Of a stretch of DNA of 64,000 nt, positions 32,141 through 43,212 are shown piece after piece. A program made the translations under genes and the position numbers. Position 1 is the first letter of the stretch, and each line of letters starts with the position of its first letter. Where the stretch lies: assembly GCA_000002445.1 (NCBI GenBank), contig CM000207.1, positions 384,001-448,000 on the forward strand, read 5' to 3'. The notes beneath the pieces are model-generated. The model was not told the origin of the DNA, did no database searches, and saw nothing but the letters and a program-made list of their open reading frames with translations. The DNA comes from Trypanosoma brucei (taxonomy: Eukaryota).

Positions 32141-32869
32141 TCACTTGCTTTGTGGAAACGAAATATCCCAATACGATGAGGGTGTGCACTGCGTGCCACC
32201 CTCGTCATCGCTCTCGTTGTGCTCATTATCCTCACCATAGAGCGTGGCATCCTCCAAATAATCCCGAGCACGCTGCCGAGCGGTTCGCATGCGATTAATC
32301 GGTTTTCTTAGAGGGACGACTAACTGATCGTCAGACGGGTCTGCGGAGAGCTCCGAACAAGCAAGACGTGGAATTGCGGCTAATATATCCACCGCGGTGG
32401 CAGAATTATTCTCGGGGTCCCTTTTTTGCATAACTGATCTCGATGGTGGATCCACACGACGGGGCCGTTTTAGCTTCTTTACAGAAAAAAAATCCTCCAA
32501 CTCACGGCGTACAGGTGATGGCGTCGCATTCAACTGCCTCTCACCCCTCAATGCCTCTAGAGACGCAATGGGGGGTGACCCTTCTTGTGTCATTGCATTA
32601 CTGGGTGGTGTTTCACAGACCATTGTGTCTTGCTTATACACGCATTGCTGATCTTCACAGACAGCTGTGATTTCCTGCTCCGGGAGCTCCTCAGGCAGCT
32701 CATCACGTTCCAAGCAGTCCGCCAAATACTCCAGCAGAGCAGCACGGGCATTGAGAGCGGCCTCTTCCTCCTGCAATGCGCGGATTTGCTCCTCATGCAG
32801 CTGTAGTAGTCCCGCAAGAGAAGACGTGACGCTGTCGCCGCGTGAATCCATCACGAACCCCCGACCCAT
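32141..32869 (-). CDS. hypothetical protein (~242 aa), acidic, with predicted coiled-coil
   Basis: Minus-strand ORF. The N-terminal 47 codons of the track ORF look like untranslated-region read-through, so the start is placed at ATG 32867-32869 (MGRGFVMDSRGD...). An alternative ATG lies at 32849-32851. No known domain recognised. Confidence 0.4.
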   Translation of the reverse strand: MGRGFVMDSRGDSVTSSLAGLLQLHEEQIRALQEEEAALNARAALLEYLADCLERDELPEELPEQEITAVCEDQQCVYKQDTMVCETPPSNAMTQEGSPPIASLEALRGERQLNATPSPVRRELEDFFSVKKLKRPRRVDPPSRSVMQKRDPENNSATAVDILAAIPRLACSELSADPSDDQLVVPLRKPINRMRTARQRARDYLEDATLYGEDNEHNESDDEGGTQCTPSSYWDISFPQSK

Positions 32870-33109
32870 GCATGTCGCTTTTGTAGCCTTGACGCTAAAG
32901 CGTGCAAAACACTCAGTGGAAAAAAGGGAATAAATAAATAAGGAAATAGGTGAGCGCAAATGGAGGAAAATCACAGTTGCCACACGGAGAAGACCAAAAG
33001 CGCAAGACAAAAAAGGGGTAATAGGCGAAAATAACCGTGTTAGGGGCCATTAAAGAACACCCAAAAGAAAAGGTTAAATAAATGAACCGGTATCTCACAA
33101 TATGTCGCA

Positions 33110-33493
33110 TCAAACCTTCACGGCGTATATGCGCCTCGGGAATTTGTGGGCCATGCGGAGTTGGCGGCGGGTCTTACGGTTCTTCTCGTTGGCCTTCAGT
33201 GCTAGGCGACGCCGGTGTGTCAGCTTTGCACGAAGTGTTTTGGGCTTCGCCGACCGCAGCTTCTTGTCCGAATAAAACTTGCGGAGGTTTTCACGTTCGT
33301 TCTTGTTAAGCACCGTCATTATGCGGGCAATGCCTTTGCGAATGGTGCGAATGCGACCAAGACGAGCAGCACCAACGTTCATCTGCTGAGAGACACGAAG
33401 TTGCGACAACTCCTTCTTGAATTCAGAAAGCTGCTTCAGCAGGTCATCCTTCCCCTTTTCCTTCAGGTCACGGATTTTGACGATGTGCGACAT
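33110..33493 (-). CDS. RPL35: 60S ribosomal protein L35 (uL29), copy 1
   Basis: 127 aa: MSHIVKIRDLKEKGKDDLLKQLSEFKKELSQLRVSQQMNVGAARLGRIRTIRKGIARIMTVLNKNERENLRKFYSDKKLRSAKPKTLRAKLTHRRRLALKANEKNRKTRRQLRMAHKFPRRIYAVKV, the canonical uL29/L35 family sequence. ATG at 33491-33493 verified. Confidence 0.92.
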   Translation of the reverse strand: MSHIVKIRDLKEKGKDDLLKQLSEFKKELSQLRVSQQMNVGAARLGRIRTIRKGIARIMTVLNKNERENLRKFYSDKKLRSAKPKTLRAKLTHRRRLALKANEKNRKTRRQLRMAHKFPRRIYAVKV

Positions 33494-33787
33494 GGTTTGT
33501 GCACCTACTCCACACCAAATCGAAAACAATGTAAAGAAAGAACAAGATAGAGAGACAAAAAGAGCGAATTATTAACTAGCACGGCCACTACATCAAACGC
33601 ACAGGTAACAATGCCCGACGCGGGTAGGGGAATGGGGGGCAATCAGCGACGTCACTGGACATCGAGATGTTACGTATGCAAATTGGCAGAAGCAATCACT
33701 AAAGGGAACTTAAAAATAAAAGAAACGAAAAGGAAGAGCGGCTGCGCGGACTACCGTACACTAAACAGTATGTCACAATATGTCGCA

Positions 33788-34171
33788 TCAAACCTTCACG
33801 GCGTATATGCGCCTCGGGAATTTGTGGGCCATGCGGAGTTGGCGGCGGGTCTTACGGTTCTTCTCGTTGGCCTTCAGTGCTAGGCGACGCCGGTGTGTCA
33901 GCTTTGCACGAAGTGTTTTGGGCTTCGCCGACCGCAGCTTCTTGTCCGAATAAAACTTGCGGAGGTTTTCACGTTCGTTCTTGTTAAGCACCGTCATTAT
34001 GCGGGCAATGCCTTTGCGAATGGTGCGAATGCGACCAAGACGAGCAGCACCAACGTTCATCTGCTGAGAGACACGAAGTTGCGACAACTCCTTCTTGAAT
34101 TCAGAAAGCTGCTTCAGCAGGTCATCCTTCCCCTTTTCCTTCAGGTCACGGATTTTGACGATGTGCGACAT
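33788..34171 (-). CDS. RPL35: 60S ribosomal protein L35 (uL29), copy 2, identical in coding sequence to copy 1
   Basis: Same 127-aa product, and the nucleotide sequence appears identical to copy 1 by eye. ATG at 34169-34171 verified. Confidence 0.92.
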   Translation of the reverse strand: MSHIVKIRDLKEKGKDDLLKQLSEFKKELSQLRVSQQMNVGAARLGRIRTIRKGIARIMTVLNKNERENLRKFYSDKKLRSAKPKTLRAKLTHRRRLALKANEKNRKTRRQLRMAHKFPRRIYAVKV

Positions 34172-34600
34172 GGTTTGTGCACCTACTCCACTACAACCTT
34201 TACGGAGAAGTAGAAACGCGACATCGCAGTTTGAAATTGGGAAGAGACTGACAGCACTGCGTACAGAAGACAAGAACAGTGTAGGATCGTTCTCCAAATA
34301 CCTAATATAAGTGCTGATAGTGTGAACGAATTAGCGTAGTGGTAAATACGAAACAACGGTGTGAGGAGAACAAAGTGGCTCGCAGTGAAACGAACATCAA
34401 ACATGATAAATTGCTCCACAACTCAACTGTCTTTATAACGTGCCAGACCTGTACTCTCCTTCCACGCACCCCACCGTTCCTTTTTAAGTTTCTTTTTCTT
34501 CCTCACTCTTTGTGGCTCCATGATCTAACAATTTTTTTTCATTTACATAGAAGTGGTAAGTGGTAGATGAGCGGGCAAATATACAGAAAAACACATGAAC

Positions 34601-36310
34601 CTACAGATACGTAATACCTGGCGTTATGTCTACAGGAATCACGCGGTCCATTTGAACCGCAAAGGCGGCGGGGCCCGGCGCAATCGCCATAGCCAGTACC
34701 GGTTCATCGCCAATGACTTTGTAGCTTGTAAAGCTTAGCCGAAAAAACTTATCACGCGGCGTGTCATATGTGGCGGTTGAGACGCTTTTCATAGCCTCAC
34801 TTCGTTTCTCTACTGCCTCACGTAAATCGGCCAGCTCAGCATTGCGCTCCTTCTCCCTCTCCTGGGTAAACTCAGATAGTTCCTTCTTCTGCTGTTCATC
34901 TAGAAGTTCAAGAGGGTCATCTTCTTCACTCTGCTCCTCCTCATCTTCAAGCTCCTCCTCCTCCTCAGCAAACTCATCGTCCCCTTCCTCCATCTCATCT
35001 TCTTCTTCGTCTTCCTCATCTTCCTCAGCGGCTCGGGCCTTCCGCTCCGCACGAGCTGCGGCGCGCGCTGCAGCGCGCTCCTTTCTCTCTTCAGCCCTCT
35101 TCGCAGCCCGTGCCTTCCTAGCAGCCTTCACCAACTCCTTCTTCTTTTGGGCAACGGCCTTCCGACAGCGACGAAAAATCACCCGTTTGGCAATAAGGAG
35201 CGTTTGACGCATCTCACGAGTATCCATCCGTACGCACGACGAGTTTCGCGAAAGAAATTGGAGCACCGTCTTTGACAGTGCGCGCACATCTATACCCAAA
35301 ACGTATCCCTCCGAGGCGCCCACGAAGCAAAAAGCAGCCTCCTCACGTCTGGCAGCCACGGTGTGTGGCGTTATTGGAATTTCAACGGTACCAACAGCGT
35401 CGACCCTCTGGATAGGGGGTTCAGGTCGCCCCTTTAGAGCAGACTTCAACGAGGATTTATTACCTTCAGCCGCCTGGGAGTTAGAAACACTAAGCGACCC
35501 GCTCCTTACCAGTCCGTCAGTTTGGGGAGCTACGTTCTCCGAATGTGACAACGCACCTTCCGCCAGTTCTCCCTGGCTTTCAAGGTCATTCTCATCTTCA
35601 TCTGCACCTGGTTCTTTAAAGGATACAGTCGCTTGACGATTCAGGATGCCTGATATGTACAAGGCCTCATTTTGATCCATCTCACTAGGATCTGGTAGCC
35701 GCCATATTTTCATTGTGAGATCACGGCTGAAGGAAAAGAGTAGCTGCCCCTCCGCTACAACACGCAGGCACTTGACGTGATTAGTGTGGCCAATAAGCAC
35801 CCGAACAGTTTTCCCCGTTCTGCCGTCCCACACGCGTATTTGATTATCGTATCCACCAGTAACAATAATCTGTGCCTCCTCTGAGGCACATGCGATGCAG
35901 GAAAGAACATCTTTGTGACCCGGCAACGCAGAACGCCGTTCCCCTGATATCACTTGCAGGCATCCATTGTCATCGCCAGCGTAGAGGCGGTCACCGCACA
36001 TCGCAAGACAGCGCAAAGGAACAACAATTTTAATTAACTTTAAGCACCGTTGTGGTGTCTCTTGCTCGGGGTCAACTGACCACTGTCGAATGTTGCCGTC
36101 CATAGCACAAGTAAACACCTGATCCAACGCCGGGGCCACAATTGCAGTGACAGTTTTAGTATGGCCGTAGAATGTCACGATAGGTGTTCCCCCACGCGTG
36201 ATATCCGACAGTTTGTAATAGTCAACCGTGCCATCCTCTCTACCAACGAATAGTGGCACGGGATCCTCCTCGGGAATAGTACAAAGAGCTGTGACTGTGC
36301 GTTTAGCCAT
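34601..36310 (-). CDS. WD40-repeat protein (569 aa) with a highly charged Lys/Ala then Glu/Asp-rich C-terminal tail
   Basis: Repeated GH...WD-like units (GHTKTVTAIV, GHKDVLSCIA, GHTNHVKCLRV, ...IRVWD, ...KIWRL). The tail reads KKKELVKAARKARAAKRAEERKERAAARAAARAERKARAAEEDEEDEEEDEMEEGDDEF.... ATG at 36308-36310 verified. Confidence 0.75.
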   Translation of the reverse strand: MAKRTVTALCTIPEEDPVPLFVGREDGTVDYYKLSDITRGGTPIVTFYGHTKTVTAIVAPALDQVFTCAMDGNIRQWSVDPEQETPQRCLKLIKIVVPLRCLAMCGDRLYAGDDNGCLQVISGERRSALPGHKDVLSCIACASEEAQIIVTGGYDNQIRVWDGRTGKTVRVLIGHTNHVKCLRVVAEGQLLFSFSRDLTMKIWRLPDPSEMDQNEALYISGILNRQATVSFKEPGADEDENDLESQGELAEGALSHSENVAPQTDGLVRSGSLSVSNSQAAEGNKSSLKSALKGRPEPPIQRVDAVGTVEIPITPHTVAARREEAAFCFVGASEGYVLGIDVRALSKTVLQFLSRNSSCVRMDTREMRQTLLIAKRVIFRRCRKAVAQKKKELVKAARKARAAKRAEERKERAAARAAARAERKARAAEEDEEDEEEDEMEEGDDEFAEEEEELEDEEEQSEEDDPLELLDEQQKKELSEFTQEREKERNAELADLREAVEKRSEAMKSVSTATYDTPRDKFFRLSFTSYKVIGDEPVLAMAIAPGPAAFAVQMDRVIPVDITPGITYL

Positions 36311-37156
36311 AAGCGAGTTTCACTCAAAATAAAAAGGGAAACAAATCACCTCGACAAAGGTGACTCTAATTGCTTGCTGCTACAGCGGTCGTCACAACTT
36401 TCCCCTTCCCCTTTCTGCCCGATGTTCGCTGAGCCTGTTTTTCTGTAAACAAATGCAACAACAGAAAACCTGGCTTTGCCGCAGTCCTCACAAACTAAGC
36501 ACGCCAGTCTGTACGGTTTAATGCTTTTCCTATTGGCACTTGTGTAGGAGCTGGACCCACTTTCCCAAACAGCGAGAAAACATAACAAAGGGGGAGCATT
36601 AACAAGTATTTTGTTAGCGTCAAATTCATTCTCTGTGTAGCAGCCTCTGCAAAATTATGATAAGAAGAAATGGAAACACAGTTTCGGGTAAGAACCGGCA
36701 CGAGGCGTTTGTTGTGTCAACCATCATCCACACCTTTTCACGCAAAAGCAGGTCCGCCAAAAAGGCATGTACCTTAGGTTGGCGTCGTCAACGTGCGAAA
36801 ACGGATGTTAACGCCAACATGAATCCCATGCCAACAACAAAAAAAAAAAGGGACAACCAAAAGCAACCGCAACAAGCACGTACCAAATGCGTTAAACATC
36901 AATTAGAAGGGTGAATCAGTCATATATCTCTTTTTTTTCTTTCCCCCGCACCCAAAGCCACTGTGCTCCTACTGGCAGAGCAGCAAAAAGAGACCAACAA
37001 GAAGGAGCGGTATGCAAAGTACCTTGATCACAGAGAATATGTTTGCTCCGCTGGCACATCCCTCCTTGCTTTTGGTCGCTGCAGTTGCTCTCTCTCTTTC
37101 AAAAGAAATGGTACAGCGGAAAACTGAACTAAACTAAAAGAACGCTGAGGAGAGGT

Positions 37157-37804
37157 TCAACATTTGTTAACCCTTTCGGTCGGTCGTAGGGGCTTCGCGA
37201 GTCGCGCCAGATACCCCAAATCCGGAGGCCGCTCTTTACTTGTAGACTTAACATTTCCACCGGAAACAAGGAGAAGCTTTCCATCGTTGTATTTCGCACG
37301 TGATGACGGCGTGCGCCACCCCGACTCAAGTGACCGATGTATGTCGCGTTGTCTTAACATCCTCCTTCCGCGCCTTGTTTCAGCGAGGACCTCGTCGGAT
37401 AATACCACTTGTCGTTGCCGGGCTTCTTTCTTTCGCTCTGTCATGTTTTGCATTTGTTGTTCATACATGCGCTTTACCAGTGACCTGAGCTCTTCACTGC
37501 TAAGACGTTTTGGGGGAACTGGTTTGTATACGTCCCATGCTAACTTCGTCATGTTTTTCTGCCGCCGAAGCATCTCCTGGTAAACCATCCTATTGGCGTG
37601 TTCTTCTATTTGCTGCCTTGAACGTATTGGTGCTGCAGGACACGTGTGTTTTTGGTGGGCGGACTCTGCACGGCGCAGAGCGTCCATGTGTCGCTGAATA
37701 CTAACCGTATGCAACCGATGAACAGAGTCCCGCAGCATCTGAGCTGAGGCGTAGTACTCCACGAAGCGGGCTGCTTCATAATTTCCGGTGTACGGGTTAG
37801 GCAT
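37157..37804 (-). CDS. hypothetical protein (~215 aa), basic, predicted coiled-coil
   Basis: Minus-strand ORF, with the start placed at ATG 37802-37804 (MPNPYTGNYEAARF...). The upstream 25 codons of the track ORF look non-coding. No domain recognised. Confidence 0.45.
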   Translation of the reverse strand: MPNPYTGNYEAARFVEYYASAQMLRDSVHRLHTVSIQRHMDALRRAESAHQKHTCPAAPIRSRQQIEEHANRMVYQEMLRRQKNMTKLAWDVYKPVPPKRLSSEELRSLVKRMYEQQMQNMTERKKEARQRQVVLSDEVLAETRRGRRMLRQRDIHRSLESGWRTPSSRAKYNDGKLLLVSGGNVKSTSKERPPDLGYLARLAKPLRPTERVNKC

Positions 37805-38767
37805 CGCTTCCCTCACGGGAATAAGGCAAACACGTGAGCTCGGCTCTATCGTAAAAAGAAAAAAGTTGCAAATCCACAATTAAAAAAAAAAAAATAGGGG
37901 CGCACAAAAGTTCTAAAACTTATGATTTCTATCGGTATTGGCCGTATGAGAATTTCTTTCCTCACACCTTTCCCTCCCGCAAGTACCTGTATGGAATATA
38001 TCTATACGTGGAAAGGCAACGACGCCTTATCTCACAGCCAGACGCAATCTTTTGTGCCTACACAGCCCTCCCTAAGCTATCTAACCCCCTAGCTTCAACC
38101 AATAACACGCTTCAGTCCGAAGGCGCAAGACGTTGTCTTTAAGTACATAAACCAACCGATAGCAGAGAGGCAAAAGATTAAGAGATATAATGCAGATGCA
38201 CAACAATATGTCAGTAACCCCCAAAAGGGATAAAGCACAGAGTTATGCGGAAAGTAGTAAAAACGCCGATGTAATCCCAGTCGTGTAGGAACGCTTATCC
38301 GATATCTTTCTCCGTGAGGGTGTTCCTACAAGCTCCTTCATTCCATAATCTAGTGTAGGCCACATGCAAAGCGTCCATCTAGTCACTCGGATACGTGGCT
38401 ACTAAAAATTAAAGAAAACGTTTTGACACATATCCCCTGCGAAAAGATGGAAACAAAAAAAGAGCGTCGCCGCTACACAGTCACCATCGTACTAATTATA
38501 ACAAAAATTATTCAAATCGCTAATACCCTACGAAAACAAAACAAAAAGCCTCTCCACAGCAAACGGTGAGACACACTTCCACATTCACTTTCTCACGTAG
38601 CGTCCCGCTCCATCCCACCTTTCAGATGTTGTGCCTCAAGTAACTAGTAAAGAATATGAGAAAAGAGACGACACAAAAAATAAGGGAAAGTTGATGGTGA
38701 CGGACACAGCCGGTTCCCACCATTCCCACCGCGTACCAGCAGACCACCACCAAAATAATCACCACAT

Positions 38768-39097
38768 TTACCGCATCTTCGGAAAAAAACAAGACATCAC
38801 CATGCGCCCGATGCCCCATAATTCCATCAAACGTAGAAATCCTACCCTCATGGGCGCGATACACTCAAGATAATTCGATAGCAGCACTGGATCGAACTCG
38901 GCCGTTTCAAGCATCGGCATCGTTGGTGTCGTGGACTGCACCAACGGTATCACTGACCGGGTTGCCGTTGCCATTGCGGGTAGCAGTGGCACTAAGCTTG
39001 GTAACCTCCTCCGGGCCTGCGCTTGAGAACAGATGCGAAGTTTGGTGTACATTGCTAACGGAATAGCCGCGCTCCCAAAAATGCGTCGACTGTGCAT
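38768..39097 (-). CDS. doubtful small ORF (109 aa from first ATG); the track's 197-aa version starts at GTG
   Basis: Only an ATG-initiated 109-aa reading (MHSRRIFGSAAIPLAMYTKL...) is available. No motifs, so this may be untranslated sequence. Confidence 0.2.
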   Translation of the reverse strand: MHSRRIFGSAAIPLAMYTKLRICSQAQARRRLPSLVPLLPAMATATRSVIPLVQSTTPTMPMLETAEFDPVLLSNYLECIAPMRVGFLRLMELWGIGRMVMSCFFPKMR

Positions 39098-39684
39098 ATA
39101 TATTGGTCTTAATGAAAACGGCCCTGTAAATCTATACGGCTTTGCGTCTGGATGCAAAAGTTTCTCCAAAGGAGGAAGATGAGATAAAGCGACGAGATAG
39201 ATCCAACTTCCCTCCCAGCTTTGTTTCGCGCCTTCGCGTGGTCCTCTTACTCCTTTCTCCGTCCGTGCGCGTCCTTGCCGCGACTGATGAGCCTTCTGTA
39301 ATCTAGGGGCACTGCTGTTGGTGGCACCTTCCTCAGCAACAACAGTAAAAGAAGATGGCACGAAAGAAGTTTAATAGGGGAAATGTTAAATTAACAGAAA
39401 AGAAATAACCACCACCCCCCCAATAGAGGAAAATTAACTCCCGCCGGTAGTGGGGGATATACTTTCGTTGTTGAACCCCATCAGATAGCTGCCCTGATAG
39501 CTACAGAAATGATCTTTAAAAGCGTCAAGAAGAACCTTGGACGCACTCTTCCAACACGCCAGTACAAACAGTCACCAGCCCTTTCAACCAAGGGCGCAAA
39601 CATGGAGTAATAATCAAGCAACAAAGAGAAATAAAGGGAATTCGCCTTGTGGTTAAGCAGGACGGGCACGTTACACTAGTGCCA

Positions 39685-42600
39685 TCATCCCATCAAACCA
39701 AGAAGCAACTCACGCACTTCGGTGATGCGCACGCGCTCGCCAATGGCACAGTTCAACTCACGGCGGAGAGTATCAACGCGGACGTCGACATCCTCAAGGA
39801 TAGAACGCTGCAAGTCTACCATCTTTTCATCGATTACCTCTTGGTCTTCCTTTCGTGCGAGTAGCGCAACAAATGATGCCCAAAGGCTCTCGAACCGGCT
39901 GTCAAGCTGGGACTTTGTATACAAAGCGCAAAGGTCATTCCTCTGCGCTAGCAACCCTTGTTGAACCTCGGAAACGGCAGCCTCCGCAGTCACTAAGCGC
40001 TCCACAACGGTGCCTAAGGTGGTATTGCCATCTTTCGCTAATGGAGTGTCGGTTATTACTGGTGTCGTCTCCTCTTCCACTGCGTGGTGGACAGCACCGG
40101 TCTTTAAGTGTTTTTCTATATATTTTATCTGCTCGTGGCAGAGAGAAAGACTCACTTTTGTCTCCATAAAGCCGTCCGAACAAGCGGTGAGAGCCCGTTC
40201 TAATGACAATATGCGGTCCAAAACTGTATCACCAACTGGCTGAGAAGCAATGATTGTTCCACCACCACGTAACTCTGTTACCTCGTTCTCTACCCTCTGC
40301 AGGCGCCCCCCAAGCGTAACTAGTTGATCTGACACACCGTCTGCCGTTGGCAAAGAAGGGGGGGCCGACAGCTTAGTGTCAATATCGTCCACAGCTGTTG
40401 CTAACATCCCTAGACAACTTCTCATAAAATCTAACGCATCGTTCAAATGCACTGATACAAGCGTATGCACTGCCCCTAGATTCTCCTCTGCACAATCAAT
40501 CCGCTGCTCCAGTGACAAAAGTGAAGACTGATGAACAGAACAATCTCCTTCGGGACGCGGTTCAAGCTGAGTGCTGTTCTCCACTGACCTCCGAGTTTCT
40601 TCGAATTGTGCTGTTAAACCCAGCCAGCTGCTGCGCAGCCGAGACAATTCCTCCTCGCAAATAACCAACCTTCCTTCAATAGGTGCAAACTTATCAAGTA
40701 CTGCATTCCTTTCATGTTTATGTTTCTCTAGGAACGTGGAGAACGCAGCCACGCTCGCCGAAACGTCACTCCACTCCTCAGATGCCTTCCTTATGCAACC
40801 CAAAAAAGCCTTCTCAAGCTTCTTCGTCTCAGTATGCAAAGTCTCAACGGACGCACCCAATTTTAATATGTCGGATGCGTTCATATCACTAGACTTTTTG
40901 TTTAGTGACGTAATACCTTCCAGTGTGTTAAGTTTTTCTTCTAACATGCAGAAACGGGACCGAAGCTTCTCATGTTCGTCTCGAAGATCAGAAGAGTCCC
41001 GGCGCAACTTCTCCTCATTTGCACAGACTCTATCCAACACACTCGCTACACTCTGCGACATTAACTTCATGTTGCTTTCGAATCCGTTTAAAACGGTTTG
41101 AATAGATCCGAACCTCGAATCGGTAGCCCAAGCCTGCTCCTGAACACACAAAAGGGTGTGGGGTGGTTGCGCATTATAAGGACGTGCATCAGCGCCTTTT
41201 CCCTCATCGACACACCCATACGGACTGCTCGGTTCCTTGAAGGGGTATGCAGATGTACTTTGCGCTCCCAGTGTCACTGTTTGCTCACGCAGAAAAGCGG
41301 AGTTGGACAAGGCCGCTGATAGCTTTTTGTCCATGGAAGTAACAAAGCGATAATATGAATTAGTGTGCTCCTCCACAACATTTTCACAACTGACAAGTAA
41401 CCGAAACATCTCTTTTAACTGTGCCTCGTGCTGAACCAATTTGGTCTGATTCCCATGAACTAGCAATTTTAACTCACAAATCTGGTTTTCGGTTAGGGCC
41501 ATAACCATCTCCCTGAGATGTTGAACCGCACTGCAGTTCGCCTTACCAGTGGCGGAGCCGACATGCACTGAATCATCCATTGAAGGCATAGCTGCCAGAC
41601 TGCCGTAAACACCTACGATATTTTTGAAGGCATTTACTTCGTCGCGGAGGTTCGTAATACTGCTGTCATGACTACCGACTTTCTCTATTACGGAACGTAA
41701 CCTTTCATCCATGTACCTATTACGGTTAACATCACTCAAGACGCTACCGAATTTATTGTTCAGGTTCTCGAGTTCATGTCTCACGTCACCGACATCATCC
41801 CTCGCTTTCATCTGTTGTTCTGATATCAAACTACACAAATCTTGATATTTTCTTTCGAGCGCGGCTCGTTCGTGCCTCATCGATTCCTCTAGTAGATTCT
41901 CAACCTCTCCTCGAATGTACCCCTTCGAAATTACGAGCTCCAGTGCATCAAGCCTTCGGAAGGCATCTTCAATCTTCGCCTTGGCCCCACTGGGCGCGCC
42001 AAAGTGATTTAATTGCCTAGTCACCTCACCAGTTGCGCGACGCATTTCATCCACTTTTATATTTAGTTGATCAGTTTCCTTTGTGACTTCATCGAACTTT
42101 TGGTTGATTGCATCTCTTAGTTCCACAGCCATCACATCATGCGCACCTCTTATTTCTTGAATAATGCTCGCTAGGGAGCGCTGCGCCAGTGTGCTTTGAC
42201 TGGGCGGTGTAGAAAGCTTTCCAGTTAAAGCTTGGAGCCTTCTTAGGGCGGTGAATATAGTTTCAAAACGATCATCAGTAGATATCCCGCTGTCCCTAAC
42301 CAGGGAAACCATGGTATCGAGTCTGTCGTTAAGCGCCGAGACGTTTTTGTCGTGCATGGAAACCACTGCACTAACTTTGGTATTATCTTCATTAACTGCA
42401 TCCAACAGTTTCCTGTGGTCCTGTAACTGAGCCTTGATGGCGTTGATTTCCCCAAATACCGAATTCTCAAGCTGGCGCAACGCGGCGTTTACACATTGTA
42501 TATCTTCTCTGTATTTTGATGATAGGTCAAGTTGTTTTCTGGATACAAGGGCAATTTCTTCCCTTAGTTGGTTGATATCTCTACTTACACTAGAACTATC

Positions 42601-43059
42601 ATTGCTGATTTGCCCTCTCAGTTCGGCGAAACCACGGCTCATCATTTTGGAGAGAGCTTCCGCCTCTGTATTTGAGCATTCTTGTCCTGTAGACGCGCTC
42701 GGTTTCTGTTTCTCGAGTTTGTGGACGCGATCGCGCAACCTTCTGCTCTCCTCCCTCAGATCACGTACTTCACACATAATTCCATTCACGGTGTTACAGA
42801 CAGACGATGTAGATTCTTGCCGACGATGTTGCGTCAAAAGCACTATTTTAGACATTTCATCGGTATTCTCCCTTTGTTTGCAAATAATGTCCTTAAGAAT
42901 TTTGTCATTATCCCGCTGGTATTTCAGGAAACCTTCGCATAACGAATGAGTGTTGCTTATGTCGTTGTTTAACTGGCGTAAAAATATTCGTAAAACGGCT
43001 GGAATGTTCAACCACTCCTCATCATTATTTAGTGTTGCCTCCCTTGCGCTAAACGTCAT
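39685..43059 (-). CDS. large coiled-coil protein (~1124 aa), heptad-rich along its full length, with no motor or enzyme domain recognised
   Basis: Long minus-strand ORF with pervasive L/E/K/R heptad patterning. The track start at 43128 is TTG, and the first ATG is at 43057-43059 (MTFSAREATL...). Confidence 0.7.
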   Translation of the reverse strand: MTFSAREATLNNDEEWLNIPAVLRIFLRQLNNDISNTHSLCEGFLKYQRDNDKILKDIICKQRENTDEMSKIVLLTQHRRQESTSSVCNTVNGIMCEVRDLREESRRLRDRVHKLEKQKPSASTGQECSNTEAEALSKMMSRGFAELRGQISNDSSSVSRDINQLREEIALVSRKQLDLSSKYREDIQCVNAALRQLENSVFGEINAIKAQLQDHRKLLDAVNEDNTKVSAVVSMHDKNVSALNDRLDTMVSLVRDSGISTDDRFETIFTALRRLQALTGKLSTPPSQSTLAQRSLASIIQEIRGAHDVMAVELRDAINQKFDEVTKETDQLNIKVDEMRRATGEVTRQLNHFGAPSGAKAKIEDAFRRLDALELVISKGYIRGEVENLLEESMRHERAALERKYQDLCSLISEQQMKARDDVGDVRHELENLNNKFGSVLSDVNRNRYMDERLRSVIEKVGSHDSSITNLRDEVNAFKNIVGVYGSLAAMPSMDDSVHVGSATGKANCSAVQHLREMVMALTENQICELKLLVHGNQTKLVQHEAQLKEMFRLLVSCENVVEEHTNSYYRFVTSMDKKLSAALSNSAFLREQTVTLGAQSTSAYPFKEPSSPYGCVDEGKGADARPYNAQPPHTLLCVQEQAWATDSRFGSIQTVLNGFESNMKLMSQSVASVLDRVCANEEKLRRDSSDLRDEHEKLRSRFCMLEEKLNTLEGITSLNKKSSDMNASDILKLGASVETLHTETKKLEKAFLGCIRKASEEWSDVSASVAAFSTFLEKHKHERNAVLDKFAPIEGRLVICEEELSRLRSSWLGLTAQFEETRRSVENSTQLEPRPEGDCSVHQSSLLSLEQRIDCAEENLGAVHTLVSVHLNDALDFMRSCLGMLATAVDDIDTKLSAPPSLPTADGVSDQLVTLGGRLQRVENEVTELRGGGTIIASQPVGDTVLDRILSLERALTACSDGFMETKVSLSLCHEQIKYIEKHLKTGAVHHAVEEETTPVITDTPLAKDGNTTLGTVVERLVTAEAAVSEVQQGLLAQRNDLCALYTKSQLDSRFESLWASFVALLARKEDQEVIDEKMVDLQRSILEDVDVRVDTLRRELNCAIGERVRITEVRELLLGLMG

Positions 43060-43212
43060 CGAACAAAGTTTAGAAGAGTAACTAATAGACAAGTGGGCGG
43101 TAAATTTTACCAGTTTCCTCAGCAACAAGACTCAATCACACTCAGTTTTCTTTTTTTCGCATACTTCGCCAAAATGGGAGAAGTACCCAGGAAACAATAT
43201 CAAGAATTGGGT

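Larger units (their letters stand above)
33095..34191. repeat. tandem duplication: two 419-bp identical blocks (33095-33513 and 33773-34191) separated by a 259-bp unique spacer, 678-bp period
   Basis: Identity begins about 15 bp past the stop and ends about 20 bp before the ATG of each RPL35 copy, and the flanks diverge immediately outside. Confidence 0.85.
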
